A DNA stretch of 64,000 bases from a virus. Numbering within the stretch: the stretch's first letter is position 1; the number at the start of each line of letters is the position of its first letter. A program made the position numbers and the translations under genes. Below the pieces are notes generated by a model that was not told the origin of the DNA, did no database searches, and worked only from the letters and a program-made list of their open reading frames with translations. The DNA is taken from the IMG/VR virus record IMGVR_UViG_3300008117_000001; one strand, 5' to 3'. Positions 9,517-18,457 of the stretch are shown in pieces.

Positions 9517-10518
9517 ATGCCTGCACCAATAGCTCAGGTTTTTCCTGGGGTATTTTCAAATAACGCTAGAAAAGAATTTAATCCCGTAAACGAAAAGCTT
9601 GATTTAACTTGGAGTGGCGGAACTAATACCGATAAAAGATTTAGTAATTATTATGATTATTATTTCAGCGGAGAAGATATTAGAATCTTTATTGATGGCT
9701 TGTTCCATCCTGATGATGAATTAGATATAGCAACTTTTGCTTTTAATGTGCGCCAGGAAAAGCAACCACTGTATGGTTTCTGGTCATACAATTACGATGC
9801 AATAATGTATGGCACCAGAATTATAACTGGAGAAATTGCCCTATATACAAGATATCCCAGAAGAATGACAGATCTTTTAGAGAAAGCTGCAATAACGAGA
9901 TCTGAATTGGCAACAGACAAAAGAGCTCCTGGAAGAATATTGTCTAATTTAAGAAGTCAGTTAGAAACAGAAGAAGACGAAGCTTTAATGAATAAATATT
10001 GGGAAATGGGCCAATTAGATAGAATCACAGAGGACCCTTTTGCTAAAAACGTTTTAGATTCCGATAAGAATATTTTTAGTGCTCATCCGCCATTTAACTT
10101 TGTTATAGTTTACGGTATGGAAGAGGTGGCTTTGTCGCCAAAAAATCTGTTTCAAACAGATACAAATGATGTAGAATTTAATGGCTCCCTAGATAATTTG
10201 TCTAGGACAATGTTGTCAGATGTTAATCAAAGAGTTGTAAAGTCTACTTCTTTAAGTTCTCCAATGAAAATTGTTGTTCAAGAAGTCAATTTAATTAACA
10301 TGTCGACAGTCTATGCGCCCGGTGGGCAGCCAGTTGTGGAGACATATCAATTTATGGCAAGAGACCATTATTTTACAGAAGTAGATACGACCTTCATAAA
10401 GAGAGCATCTGCTGCAAATGTGTCTTCTGGTCCATTGGCTCCTTTGGCAATTGCGGAGAATTTAAATTATGTAACAAATTGGGGTCAAACGTTAGGTGGT
10501 TTAGCCCCTATAATATGA
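9517..10518 (+). CDS. Tail tube paralog 3 (diverged)
   Basis: YFSGEDIRIFIDG...FAFNVRQEKQPLYGFWSYNYDAIMYGTRIITGEIAL...HPPFNFVIVYG...ETYQFMARD retains the FSGxDI, ExxPxxG, GxRxIxG and PPF motifs of the two upstream tube genes. Confidence 0.65.
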   Translation: MPAPIAQVFPGVFSNNARKEFNPVNEKLDLTWSGGTNTDKRFSNYYDYYFSGEDIRIFIDGLFHPDDELDIATFAFNVRQEKQPLYGFWSYNYDAIMYGTRIITGEIALYTRYPRRMTDLLEKAAITRSELATDKRAPGRILSNLRSQLETEEDEALMNKYWEMGQLDRITEDPFAKNVLDSDKNIFSAHPPFNFVIVYGMEEVALSPKNLFQTDTNDVEFNGSLDNLSRTMLSDVNQRVVKSTSLSSPMKIVVQEVNLINMSTVYAPGGQPVVETYQFMARDHYFTEVDTTFIKRASAANVSSGPLAPLAIAENLNYVTNWGQTLGGLAPII

Positions 10519-10521
10519 TTA

Positions 10522-10530
10522 TGATATAAT
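10522..10530 (+). promoter_or_regulatory. Extended -10-like element (TGnTATAAT)
   Basis: TGATATAAT in the gap before the chaperone gene, followed by AAGGAG RBS; no recognisable -35. The same 9-mer occurs at 60348-60356. Confidence 0.4.
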
Positions 10531-10557
10531 GTACAATGATTAGTTTAAGGAGATATC

Positions 10558-11115
10558 ATGGATAGTAAAAGAAAAGTTGTTTTGCAAAATCTAGAGATTG
10601 AAGACACTACAAGCGCTCAAGAAATTAACTTCACATTGACTGGATCAGATGATCCTAATGCTATTGATGTTGAGCTTGAGGATGATCAGCAATTCCTAGA
10701 CGACATTGCCGACGACAACGAAGACAAGCAGTATACTGACATAGAAGAAGTGCCGGATGAAGAAGAAATTTGGAAAAATGGTCCCAAGGCCGGTCTTGTT
10801 AAAGAGTGGAAAAAGCAATATGGCGACATTTATGTAACTTCAATTACATACGATAAGCATGTCGTCTGGAGAGTATTAAATAGAGCAGAATATAAGCAGA
10901 TCGTCAAAAAAATGGAGCAGCTAGTACAATCCGGGCAGCTCTCTACTGCAGAGGCAAATCTATGGAACGAAGAAACTATAGCAGAATTATGCATGCTTTA
11001 TCCTAGATTTGATAAAAATAACTCCGTTGGCTTTATGGCCGGACTGCCATCATTAATATCCCAAGAAGTACTAGAAGCTTCCGGTTTCGTAGCCCTAGAG
11101 GTAAGACAGTTATAA
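10558..11115 (+). CDS. Tail assembly chaperone (paralog 1)
   Basis: Between tube and tape-measure genes; acidic N-terminus then KEWKKQYGDIYVTSI...VVWRVLNRAEYKQI, typical of tail chaperones. Confidence 0.7.
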   Translation: MDSKRKVVLQNLEIEDTTSAQEINFTLTGSDDPNAIDVELEDDQQFLDDIADDNEDKQYTDIEEVPDEEEIWKNGPKAGLVKEWKKQYGDIYVTSITYDKHVVWRVLNRAEYKQIVKKMEQLVQSGQLSTAEANLWNEETIAELCMLYPRFDKNNSVGFMAGLPSLISQEVLEASGFVALEVRQL

Positions 11116-11116
11116 A

Positions 11117-11746
11117 ATGTTAACAGCTGATATTATTTTTTCTTTAAAAAATAAATACGGCAACATTTATAGTGTTGATATAAAAAATCAAACTGTTGTT
11201 TTTAGAGAATTAACTTTTAAAGAATATGATAAAATTCTTTATCTAAAAACGTTAGAAGATATTGACTCCTCTGATATAGAAGACATCATACTCGAATATG
11301 CTGTCATATACCCAGAGGGTTTTGACACTATGACAATACCTCCCGGTATAGTTGCTAATCTCTCTTCGGAAATACTTGATATTTCCGGTTTCTTTAGCGC
11401 ATCGATTGCTAAAAGAATTCTTGAAGAAAAAAGAGTTGAAGCAAATGATGTTAAGAATTTAATGAAAGCCTTTGTTTTGGCTACTATAACATCATATGCT
11501 CCAGAAGACTTGGAGGATATGACATTTTCTGAATTAGCAGAAAAAGTAGCTTTATCTGAAAAGATTATTGAGATAAAACAGAATGCCAATGGCATGGAAT
11601 CTACTGATCTAAAGATTCAGTTAATTGATCCTGAAGAGGAAGAGCAAAAGAGAAAAATTTCTGCAGCTAGGCATAATCTTTCTAAGAAAGATGGAGAGGC
11701 TCAATATGAAGATCCTATCGCTCAAAAGCTGTGGGGTATGAAATAG
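11117..11746 (+). CDS. Tail assembly chaperone (paralog 2)
   Basis: SLKNKYGNIYSVDIKNQTVVFRELTFKEYDKI mirrors the motif of the upstream chaperone; own ATG 1 nt after the upstream stop. Confidence 0.7.
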   Translation: MLTADIIFSLKNKYGNIYSVDIKNQTVVFRELTFKEYDKILYLKTLEDIDSSDIEDIILEYAVIYPEGFDTMTIPPGIVANLSSEILDISGFFSASIAKRILEEKRVEANDVKNLMKAFVLATITSYAPEDLEDMTFSELAEKVALSEKIIEIKQNANGMESTDLKIQLIDPEEEEQKRKISAARHNLSKKDGEAQYEDPIAQKLWGMK

Positions 11747-11759
11747 GTAGGAAACAAAG

Positions 11760-14700
11760 TTGATTAGAGATCCAGGGCCTATTCATAACTTAGGTTATAG
11801 CGTAACATCCAGAGATGTTCCTACAATGATAGACGAAGAAAGGGGCGATGCCCCTAATTCGTCTTTTATCTCAAAGGCCTTAAATAATCACCCTGTTTTA
11901 AGATTTGTATCTACGGCAGCCACTACCATGGCTTCAGCTTTTGTTTTGTCTAAGATAACAAAACAAGGTGGTCTAAAGCTAGCCAAAACAGTTCAAGACA
12001 GAGCGGATAGTGGAGCAAGCAGATTTGCTTCAAATATTGTTAATGTATTTCCTAAAATCAGAAGAGAATTCGACGAACTTTCTGGCGTTAGCCGAATGAT
12101 AGATGGGAATACTCCTGATCAAATAGATCCTTATTCAAGACTTGTTTTTGAAACCGCAGAAGGTAAATTAACTACCGGCGTCATTAAGCATACAGATAGA
12201 GGCTATCACTGGACTGCTGGAGAAATCAGCAAAAGTGGTAAGGGTATAGAATACGAGACTGCGGGAATATGGGGCTTCCGAGAAGAAGCTCAGTCCCGTT
12301 TGGTCTCTATGGCCCGTAGAATGCCCTATGAGCTGCCAGCAATGTATGTTGGCCAGAAAGCTATAGTTGATCCAATTTTTGGCGGTAGAGACGATTCTAA
12401 GGTCAAATGGTACAATCCTGTAGACGTAGTTACGGACTTCGTTAAGGACTCTACCATTAACCTAGTTACCATGATGATTCCAATGGAGGTTGGTGGCGCT
12501 GCCATTGGCAACGCAAGGTCATCCTTATCTAATTTTAGATATTCTATGTCAGACCTAGCTAGGTCTACCGGTACAACTGATTTAAAAACAAGATCTTCAA
12601 GGGCATTTGTCAATCTAGCCGACATGTTGTCAGAGGTTGGTCATGACCTGGCAGACATAACTCAAAAGGGTTTAAAGGTTTCTGCTCAAACTAGTGGAGC
12701 AATTAAAGCTGCAACCACAGAGTATAGTCAGCAAAGAGTTGACATTAATGCAATTCTTTCGCGAACAAGAAACTTAAGAGCAAAACAGATCTATGAGGAT
12801 TCTAAGGGCTCAAAATTAAAAAGAGCTAGAAACGTAGCAACGCAGTATGCGTTTGGCAATGACGCCAGTGGCAATTCTGGGTATTTAGATTTATTTCCGG
12901 GACTAAGAGGTGTTGGAAGTGCCGTAAGGCAGGGTATAAATCAATTCCGTAAAGTTGGCTACGGCTACGATGTAATAACGAGAGCTATTGATTTTGATGC
13001 AGCTGTGCAGAGATATGGCGCAGCTAATCCAAATGCTTTTAGAACAGAACTAAAGGGAATAGTCGGCAACCTTCAGGCGAACTCCTCTAATAGAATGACG
13101 ACTATGGCTAGCAAGATTGCTAGAACATTTGGTGGTCCGGCTGGATCAGATAACTTCTATGCATCAGAGTTTTATAAGGGAATAGAACAAACTGAGTATA
13201 AAAAAGTTTTATATAAATCCTTAATGGAAAGAACTGCAACTTCAGATAGAGATGAGTTTGCAAGAACAATAGCAAAATTTGTTGACGACATTGACGTTAG
13301 CAAAACTGCAATGGAGCCCTCTAGAAGAGTAACTATAGGCGAAACCAAAATACTACTCGATGGAGATGAGCCATTTGATGAAATCATAAATAGATTCAAG
13401 GGCACTCTTGCAAAAACTAGGGCCGATGAGTTCGTACAAAAAGTCGGAAATTCTGATGTACTAAAAGATTCTATTATCGACGCTAACAGACTTTTCACTG
13501 GCGCACAATTCCAGGCAGCATTAAAAGGAAAGGCAAACAAAGCTTATAAGGCATTCCAGGAACAAGGAATGGTTAAGGTAGCTGGAAAAGTCTTAAAAAC
13601 TAAAAAAGCAGATTTTGAAGATTTCCTAGATTTAGATAATCTTTCTTACGCACAAAAAGATTTCTTAGTTAAAAGATCAGCTCAAAGATTAGGCATGAGG
13701 CTAAAGACAGCTGATGGCAGAGATTTAACAAGAGGAGAATTAGGGGAGTCTTTAGGTAAGGTCGGCCTTAACATAAAAGATGCCGGTCAATTAAGAAGTT
13801 TTCTTGTTAGAGAAAAACAAATAAGTTCGGGAGTTTTTGCTAGTGGTTTTAACCTTCTTGGATTAAGAAGAATCACTGTTGATGAAGCAAATCAACGCGG
13901 AGTTTTTGCAAATGTAGACGATGAGACCAAGCGCGTTATAAATCAAATGTCTTCCAGCATGGTAAGGGCTGATCCAACGACAACCGCTGCTAGCGTTTCT
14001 GTTCTTCCAGATGTATTTATAACTAAGACTGGTAGTATTTTAGATGTTTCTGGAATAAGACAGTCTGCAAGAAATGTTGGAAACTTTTTAGCTAACGATT
14101 TAAGAATACCAGTTCTTGGATTTAATCCGGCAGATTTGGCGGCTAAGCAATCTTTTAATGAAATGTCCGGAAGGGCTCCGTTCCAGTTTATTCAAGGTAG
14201 AGTTTCTCAGCCATTTTTACAGGGCGCTGATAAGTCGGCTGATTTCTATTTGTTCTACAGCGGAGGAAGAACAAAAGGTAATGTTATGGCATTTAATTAT
14301 AATGTCATGGCCCAGCAATATACTTCTAGGACTTTAGATGGTACATTTAGACCTTTAGCTAAGAATAGCTCGCAATTGTTAACGAGGGCAGCAAGAAACG
14401 CTGCAGCGGAAAGAGATGCTGAGTCATTAAACTCTTTAAGTTATCAAGAAGGTACATTTAGAAGCAGATTCTTTTCTGGCCTATCAAGATTTGGAATGAC
14501 GCCAGAAAGAGAATTTAGGTTTAGAGAATTTTTTGATATTAACTATGATCAGCCAAACTCTGTATTTGGCTTCTTGTCTAGATTCTCTAGAAGAAATATT
14601 GATCCAGAAAATCCAAGATTCCTTGCACAAGTGATGACTGGCAAGGAAATCCCTACCAAAGCTGGTACAGCAAAAAGAAATATAGTAAAAAGCGCTGATG

Positions 14701-17700
14701 GAACTGTAGAAAAAATTAATGTAATCGATGTTGCCTCTGGCGAAGAAATGGTTTCAGAAAAAGCCTTATTAGAAGCTTTTGAAGGATTCAGAAGAAGAAC
14801 TCGTGCAGCTGGCTTTTCTCGTCGTGCAATGAAGCGAATTGAAGAAGCTGACCCAGCATTAGCTACTTATCATGGACAAAAAATTACCGATCTTCAAAAT
14901 GTTCAGGAAAAAATAGATTTTGCTAACGTCCTGCTTAGAGGCGTAGACAGAGATGCAAATATTCTTAGAAGACAGGGCATCGATCCTGTTGCGCTATATC
15001 AAAGCGGATCCAGGATCAATAAAGTATTAGAGGAAGCAGATCTGTTGTCTGGTTCTCAAATTCGTTCTGTTAGTCCAACAATTATTTCAAGAGAAGATGA
15101 ATTAACAAATGAAATGTTTAAGTTTCTAATTCAAAGAAATGAATTAGTTTCAAATAGCACTAGACAAACATTTGGTCAAAATTTTATTAAAATAAACCAA
15201 GCACTGACAAGCATGGCAAAAGAAATACCAGCTGGTGAACTAGCTGAAGCACAAGCTGCGGCCTTTGGTGCACTAACTAACCTTAACTCGGTAAGAGCAA
15301 ATAGATCTTTCTTAAAAGAGATTGAAGTTCAAAGAAGAGCGTTAGCAAACGTTATTGAATCTTTAGAGTCTGCTCCAGAATTGGCGCAACCATTTATTAG
15401 TGGTTCCATTGAACGAGTTGGGGAAATAGGAAGACTTGGTTTATTTAAAAAATTATTATATCCATCATTAAGTACAGCTTCTTTCAAAATATCTCATCTA
15501 GCAACAGACCCACTTGGTTCCGCAACTGGCCCCGGTGCTGACGTTTTACTAGTTCCTACTTTTGGTAGCGTATTTTCTAGAAATCCAATAGGCGCCCTCA
15601 AGAGCGTTGCTGGTATTAATACGTACAGTAGTCCAGAGAGTTATTCAAATTTATCAGCCGCAGTTTCTCATGGTGTTGAAAGATTAAACAAATACTTTGG
15701 AACAGTAGGCTTACAGCTAGACGTTAATCAGTATGGTTCGCCATTAGACTTGTTTGCTAGGGGCATGGTAGGCAAGAGGGTTTTGCCACTTTATGCTGGT
15801 GGCATGGCCTTTATGACTGCTGACAGAACAATTGGCGGGATGGTCAACGAAAAAGATGCAAGAGGAGAAAGAGTTTATTCTCCATTTTTTGTCGGAGCTG
15901 CCGCAAAAGCTGTTGGAGAAATTCACGCCCTAGGAGCTGGAGCTATGCCCGGCGGTATGAGCTACGAAGAAAAGAGAGAGCAGCTTTTTGAAGGAGAAGT
16001 TCCCATAAGACAGGGTCGTTTTTGGCCCTTGGGCAATACACCCTTTATGGGCGGAAAGATAATGTATTATAGGCCCAGTATTTATCGCAAGATTGAAACT
16101 GGCGCCATGTTTACATCTGACACCTATGGTTCGCCTATTGAAAGAGCTTTATTCTATACTGATATATCACCATTGCGTCCTTTAGATCCTTATCGTTTCG
16201 AAAGAAAACACTATGAAGATAGACCGTATCCTATTACTGGAGAATATTTTTCTGGTCCATTTGGTCCGCTGACTCCCGCCTTAAATGCTACTGTTGGAAG
16301 AGTACTAAAGCCACAAATAAAAATGCATGAGCAAGAGGTTTCTCAAGCATTATCAAATTATGCTCCGGCAGGACAATCTGGCGCATATGATGCTAGCGCT
16401 TATTTGCGACAAATTTCAATGCCTATGCTTCCTGGGCAGGCTCCGCAGCAACAGTTTGGTCAAGCGTCAATTGGCGGAGCTATGCAGGGAGCAGGACCAA
16501 TTATGTCTATGGGCATGTCTTCTGGCGGACCTGGTCCGGGTATGCAGGCATCATCAAACGCCGAGCTAGCAGGTAGAGCTGGAGCTTTGAATACAGCTAA
16601 ATATTCAACGATGCAAAACATAGGGCAGATAAATAGTCAGTATGCCCAAATGGCATATGGTCCGCCGAAAACTCCTGGTATGATGCCACCAAGAATAGTT
16701 GGTGCAGGATCGCCAATTTCTGTTGGTAATCCACAGGTTCAGATACAAGAATTTGGCTATAGAACACAGGAAGCCTTGGGTATATATGGTTTTGCTGGCG
16801 CAGCATTTAGGGAATCCTTTGGTTATGGTCAGGGTGACTTTGAGCCCCAAAGGGCAGTTCTTCAGTCTGCATCTAAAGCTTACGGAATGAGTAGACAGTT
16901 TTGGGACTATAACCTTGGAGGACTTGGTGACGTTCCGATGTTGGGTGGAAGGAACTTTGGTTCAATAGAATTTTCTGAAATAACTAGAAGATTTATACCA
17001 AAAGAAAGAACTGGAGTTGATTATCTTAATCCTATACAAAATACAATGGGACAACAGTATCCATTTTTACCAGGCCCAGAATATTACTTAGACTTTACTA
17101 GAGGAGATCCGTTCACTAAAGTCCAAGAAGGAGAATTGCGTTTGCCAGGAGTGGCATACGAAAGGCTAAATCAACTTCGTTCTGATGAAACTGGAAGATA
17201 TGGTTTATTAGATCAATTTAAGATCTTAGGAGATGTTGCGCCCTACTCTAAACAATATAGATATTTAGATAAAAAAATAGATAGTTATCTTAACGACCCT
17301 TCGGAAAAATTAGAGGCAGATAACATTAGAAATAGAGTAGCCTCTATACAGCAAAAAGAAAACTTCTCCGAATATAGTCATGTTGGTAAAACAGCAGCAG
17401 AGGCTGGAACAAATCCTTTAATTCATAATATATCTCGTGCAGCAGAATATATTGCGCATAGAGATACTTTTATAAATAGAAAGTTTATTAATAAACAAAC
17501 TGCGGTTGAGGATTGGGAAAGAAACAATGTTTATGGCGCAACTTTCCCAGAATGGCAAAGGCCTTTTGAAAGCTTTGTGGAGCCAATGATAAATAAAGCA
17601 GCAGACCGCAATCCAATAGCTGCTTCTGCAAGCTTGGCTGCTGCAGGCCTTTTTGCTGGCAGGACTCAGCCAGGTAAGTTGGTTATGTCTGGCTTGGGTG

Positions 17701-18455
17701 CAGTGACTGGACTAGCAGCTTCCGCCGGGGCAAATCTTCAGGAGGCAATAACTGGGGATAGATTTATTCCAACCGAAAGAAAGAAAGAACTAGCTCTTGA
17801 AGAGTATTCTGATATTTTAACTTATGTCAAAAATACAAGACTAGCCAATATGGCTGAAGCATCTGGTGATGCAGCGGCAGCTTTCCAATTTAGTTCTGCA
17901 GCAAAAAGAACAATGTATGGTGCGCCCATACAGGATATTGGCACTGGAAAATATGGAACAGATGTTGAATCTCTTTCTCTTGCTATTCCTAAAAGAAAAA
18001 GAGAACACTTTAAGGCAATGATAAATGCTCCAGAGCAAGATAGAGAAAGAATACTTTCAACAGCTGGCAGATTAGAAAGAAGAATATACGAAGCTGCATG
18101 GGGTATGCAGGTGGAAAAGCGCCCAGAATTAACAGACTATTTCAGCAGACACGAGCTGCCAGATGAAGGCTGGGAAGGGTGGCATCCCAATACTAATATG
18201 GATTCTGTTAAAATTAAAATAGGCCAACACATGGGTCTTGAAATGTCTCAAATGGGTTACTATCCACAACAGATAAGAGAAGCAAATCTTGCTAATCCAA
18301 GCTATCCTCGGTTCGGTTACTCTTCGGACTCCAATGCAGACGTAGCATATAGATTGCGATCTTTAATGAATGGCATGGGGGTTACTGGTTCCGTAACGCC
18401 TGTGATGAATCCATTTGGTGGTCAACAAGTTGACATAAGTGCAGGAGTTAGATAA
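11760..18455 (+). CDS. Tape-measure-like protein (2231 aa)
   Basis: Very long, helical, A/G/R-rich gene directly after the chaperones, with several hydrophobic segments. TTG start with AGGA upstream (start uncertain). Confidence 0.65.
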   Translation: MIRDPGPIHNLGYSVTSRDVPTMIDEERGDAPNSSFISKALNNHPVLRFVSTAATTMASAFVLSKITKQGGLKLAKTVQDRADSGASRFASNIVNVFPKIRREFDELSGVSRMIDGNTPDQIDPYSRLVFETAEGKLTTGVIKHTDRGYHWTAGEISKSGKGIEYETAGIWGFREEAQSRLVSMARRMPYELPAMYVGQKAIVDPIFGGRDDSKVKWYNPVDVVTDFVKDSTINLVTMMIPMEVGGAAIGNARSSLSNFRYSMSDLARSTGTTDLKTRSSRAFVNLADMLSEVGHDLADITQKGLKVSAQTSGAIKAATTEYSQQRVDINAILSRTRNLRAKQIYEDSKGSKLKRARNVATQYAFGNDASGNSGYLDLFPGLRGVGSAVRQGINQFRKVGYGYDVITRAIDFDAAVQRYGAANPNAFRTELKGIVGNLQANSSNRMTTMASKIARTFGGPAGSDNFYASEFYKGIEQTEYKKVLYKSLMERTATSDRDEFARTIAKFVDDIDVSKTAMEPSRRVTIGETKILLDGDEPFDEIINRFKGTLAKTRADEFVQKVGNSDVLKDSIIDANRLFTGAQFQAALKGKANKAYKAFQEQGMVKVAGKVLKTKKADFEDFLDLDNLSYAQKDFLVKRSAQRLGMRLKTADGRDLTRGELGESLGKVGLNIKDAGQLRSFLVREKQISSGVFASGFNLLGLRRITVDEANQRGVFANVDDETKRVINQMSSSMVRADPTTTAASVSVLPDVFITKTGSILDVSGIRQSARNVGNFLANDLRIPVLGFNPADLAAKQSFNEMSGRAPFQFIQGRVSQPFLQGADKSADFYLFYSGGRTKGNVMAFNYNVMAQQYTSRTLDGTFRPLAKNSSQLLTRAARNAAAERDAESLNSLSYQEGTFRSRFFSGLSRFGMTPEREFRFREFFDINYDQPNSVFGFLSRFSRRNIDPENPRFLAQVMTGKEIPTKAGTAKRNIVKSADGTVEKINVIDVASGEEMVSEKALLEAFEGFRRRTRAAGFSRRAMKRIEEADPALATYHGQKITDLQNVQEKIDFANVLLRGVDRDANILRRQGIDPVALYQSGSRINKVLEEADLLSGSQIRSVSPTIISREDELTNEMFKFLIQRNELVSNSTRQTFGQNFIKINQALTSMAKEIPAGELAEAQAAAFGALTNLNSVRANRSFLKEIEVQRRALANVIESLESAPELAQPFISGSIERVGEIGRLGLFKKLLYPSLSTASFKISHLATDPLGSATGPGADVLLVPTFGSVFSRNPIGALKSVAGINTYSSPESYSNLSAAVSHGVERLNKYFGTVGLQLDVNQYGSPLDLFARGMVGKRVLPLYAGGMAFMTADRTIGGMVNEKDARGERVYSPFFVGAAAKAVGEIHALGAGAMPGGMSYEEKREQLFEGEVPIRQGRFWPLGNTPFMGGKIMYYRPSIYRKIETGAMFTSDTYGSPIERALFYTDISPLRPLDPYRFERKHYEDRPYPITGEYFSGPFGPLTPALNATVGRVLKPQIKMHEQEVSQALSNYAPAGQSGAYDASAYLRQISMPMLPGQAPQQQFGQASIGGAMQGAGPIMSMGMSSGGPGPGMQASSNAELAGRAGALNTAKYSTMQNIGQINSQYAQMAYGPPKTPGMMPPRIVGAGSPISVGNPQVQIQEFGYRTQEALGIYGFAGAAFRESFGYGQGDFEPQRAVLQSASKAYGMSRQFWDYNLGGLGDVPMLGGRNFGSIEFSEITRRFIPKERTGVDYLNPIQNTMGQQYPFLPGPEYYLDFTRGDPFTKVQEGELRLPGVAYERLNQLRSDETGRYGLLDQFKILGDVAPYSKQYRYLDKKIDSYLNDPSEKLEADNIRNRVASIQQKENFSEYSHVGKTAAEAGTNPLIHNISRAAEYIAHRDTFINRKFINKQTAVEDWERNNVYGATFPEWQRPFESFVEPMINKAADRNPIAASASLAAAGLFAGRTQPGKLVMSGLGAVTGLAASAGANLQEAITGDRFIPTERKKELALEEYSDILTYVKNTRLANMAEASGDAAAAFQFSSAAKRTMYGAPIQDIGTGKYGTDVESLSLAIPKRKREHFKAMINAPEQDRERILSTAGRLERRIYEAAWGMQVEKRPELTDYFSRHELPDEGWEGWHPNTNMDSVKIKIGQHMGLEMSQMGYYPQQIREANLANPSYPRFGYSSDSNADVAYRLRSLMNGMGVTGSVTPVMNPFGGQQVDISAGVR

Positions 18456-18457
18456 AT

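Noticed and set aside
11095-11120. Programmed -1 frameshift between the two chaperone genes
   Set aside because: The second ORF is in the +1 frame, is closed by TAA at 11102-11104 just upstream, and no X XXY YYZ heptamer is present.
13359-13367. LDGD in the tape-measure-like protein as a polymerase catalytic motif
   Set aside because: Lacks the first Asp of DxDGD and any flanking barrel motifs; helical context.
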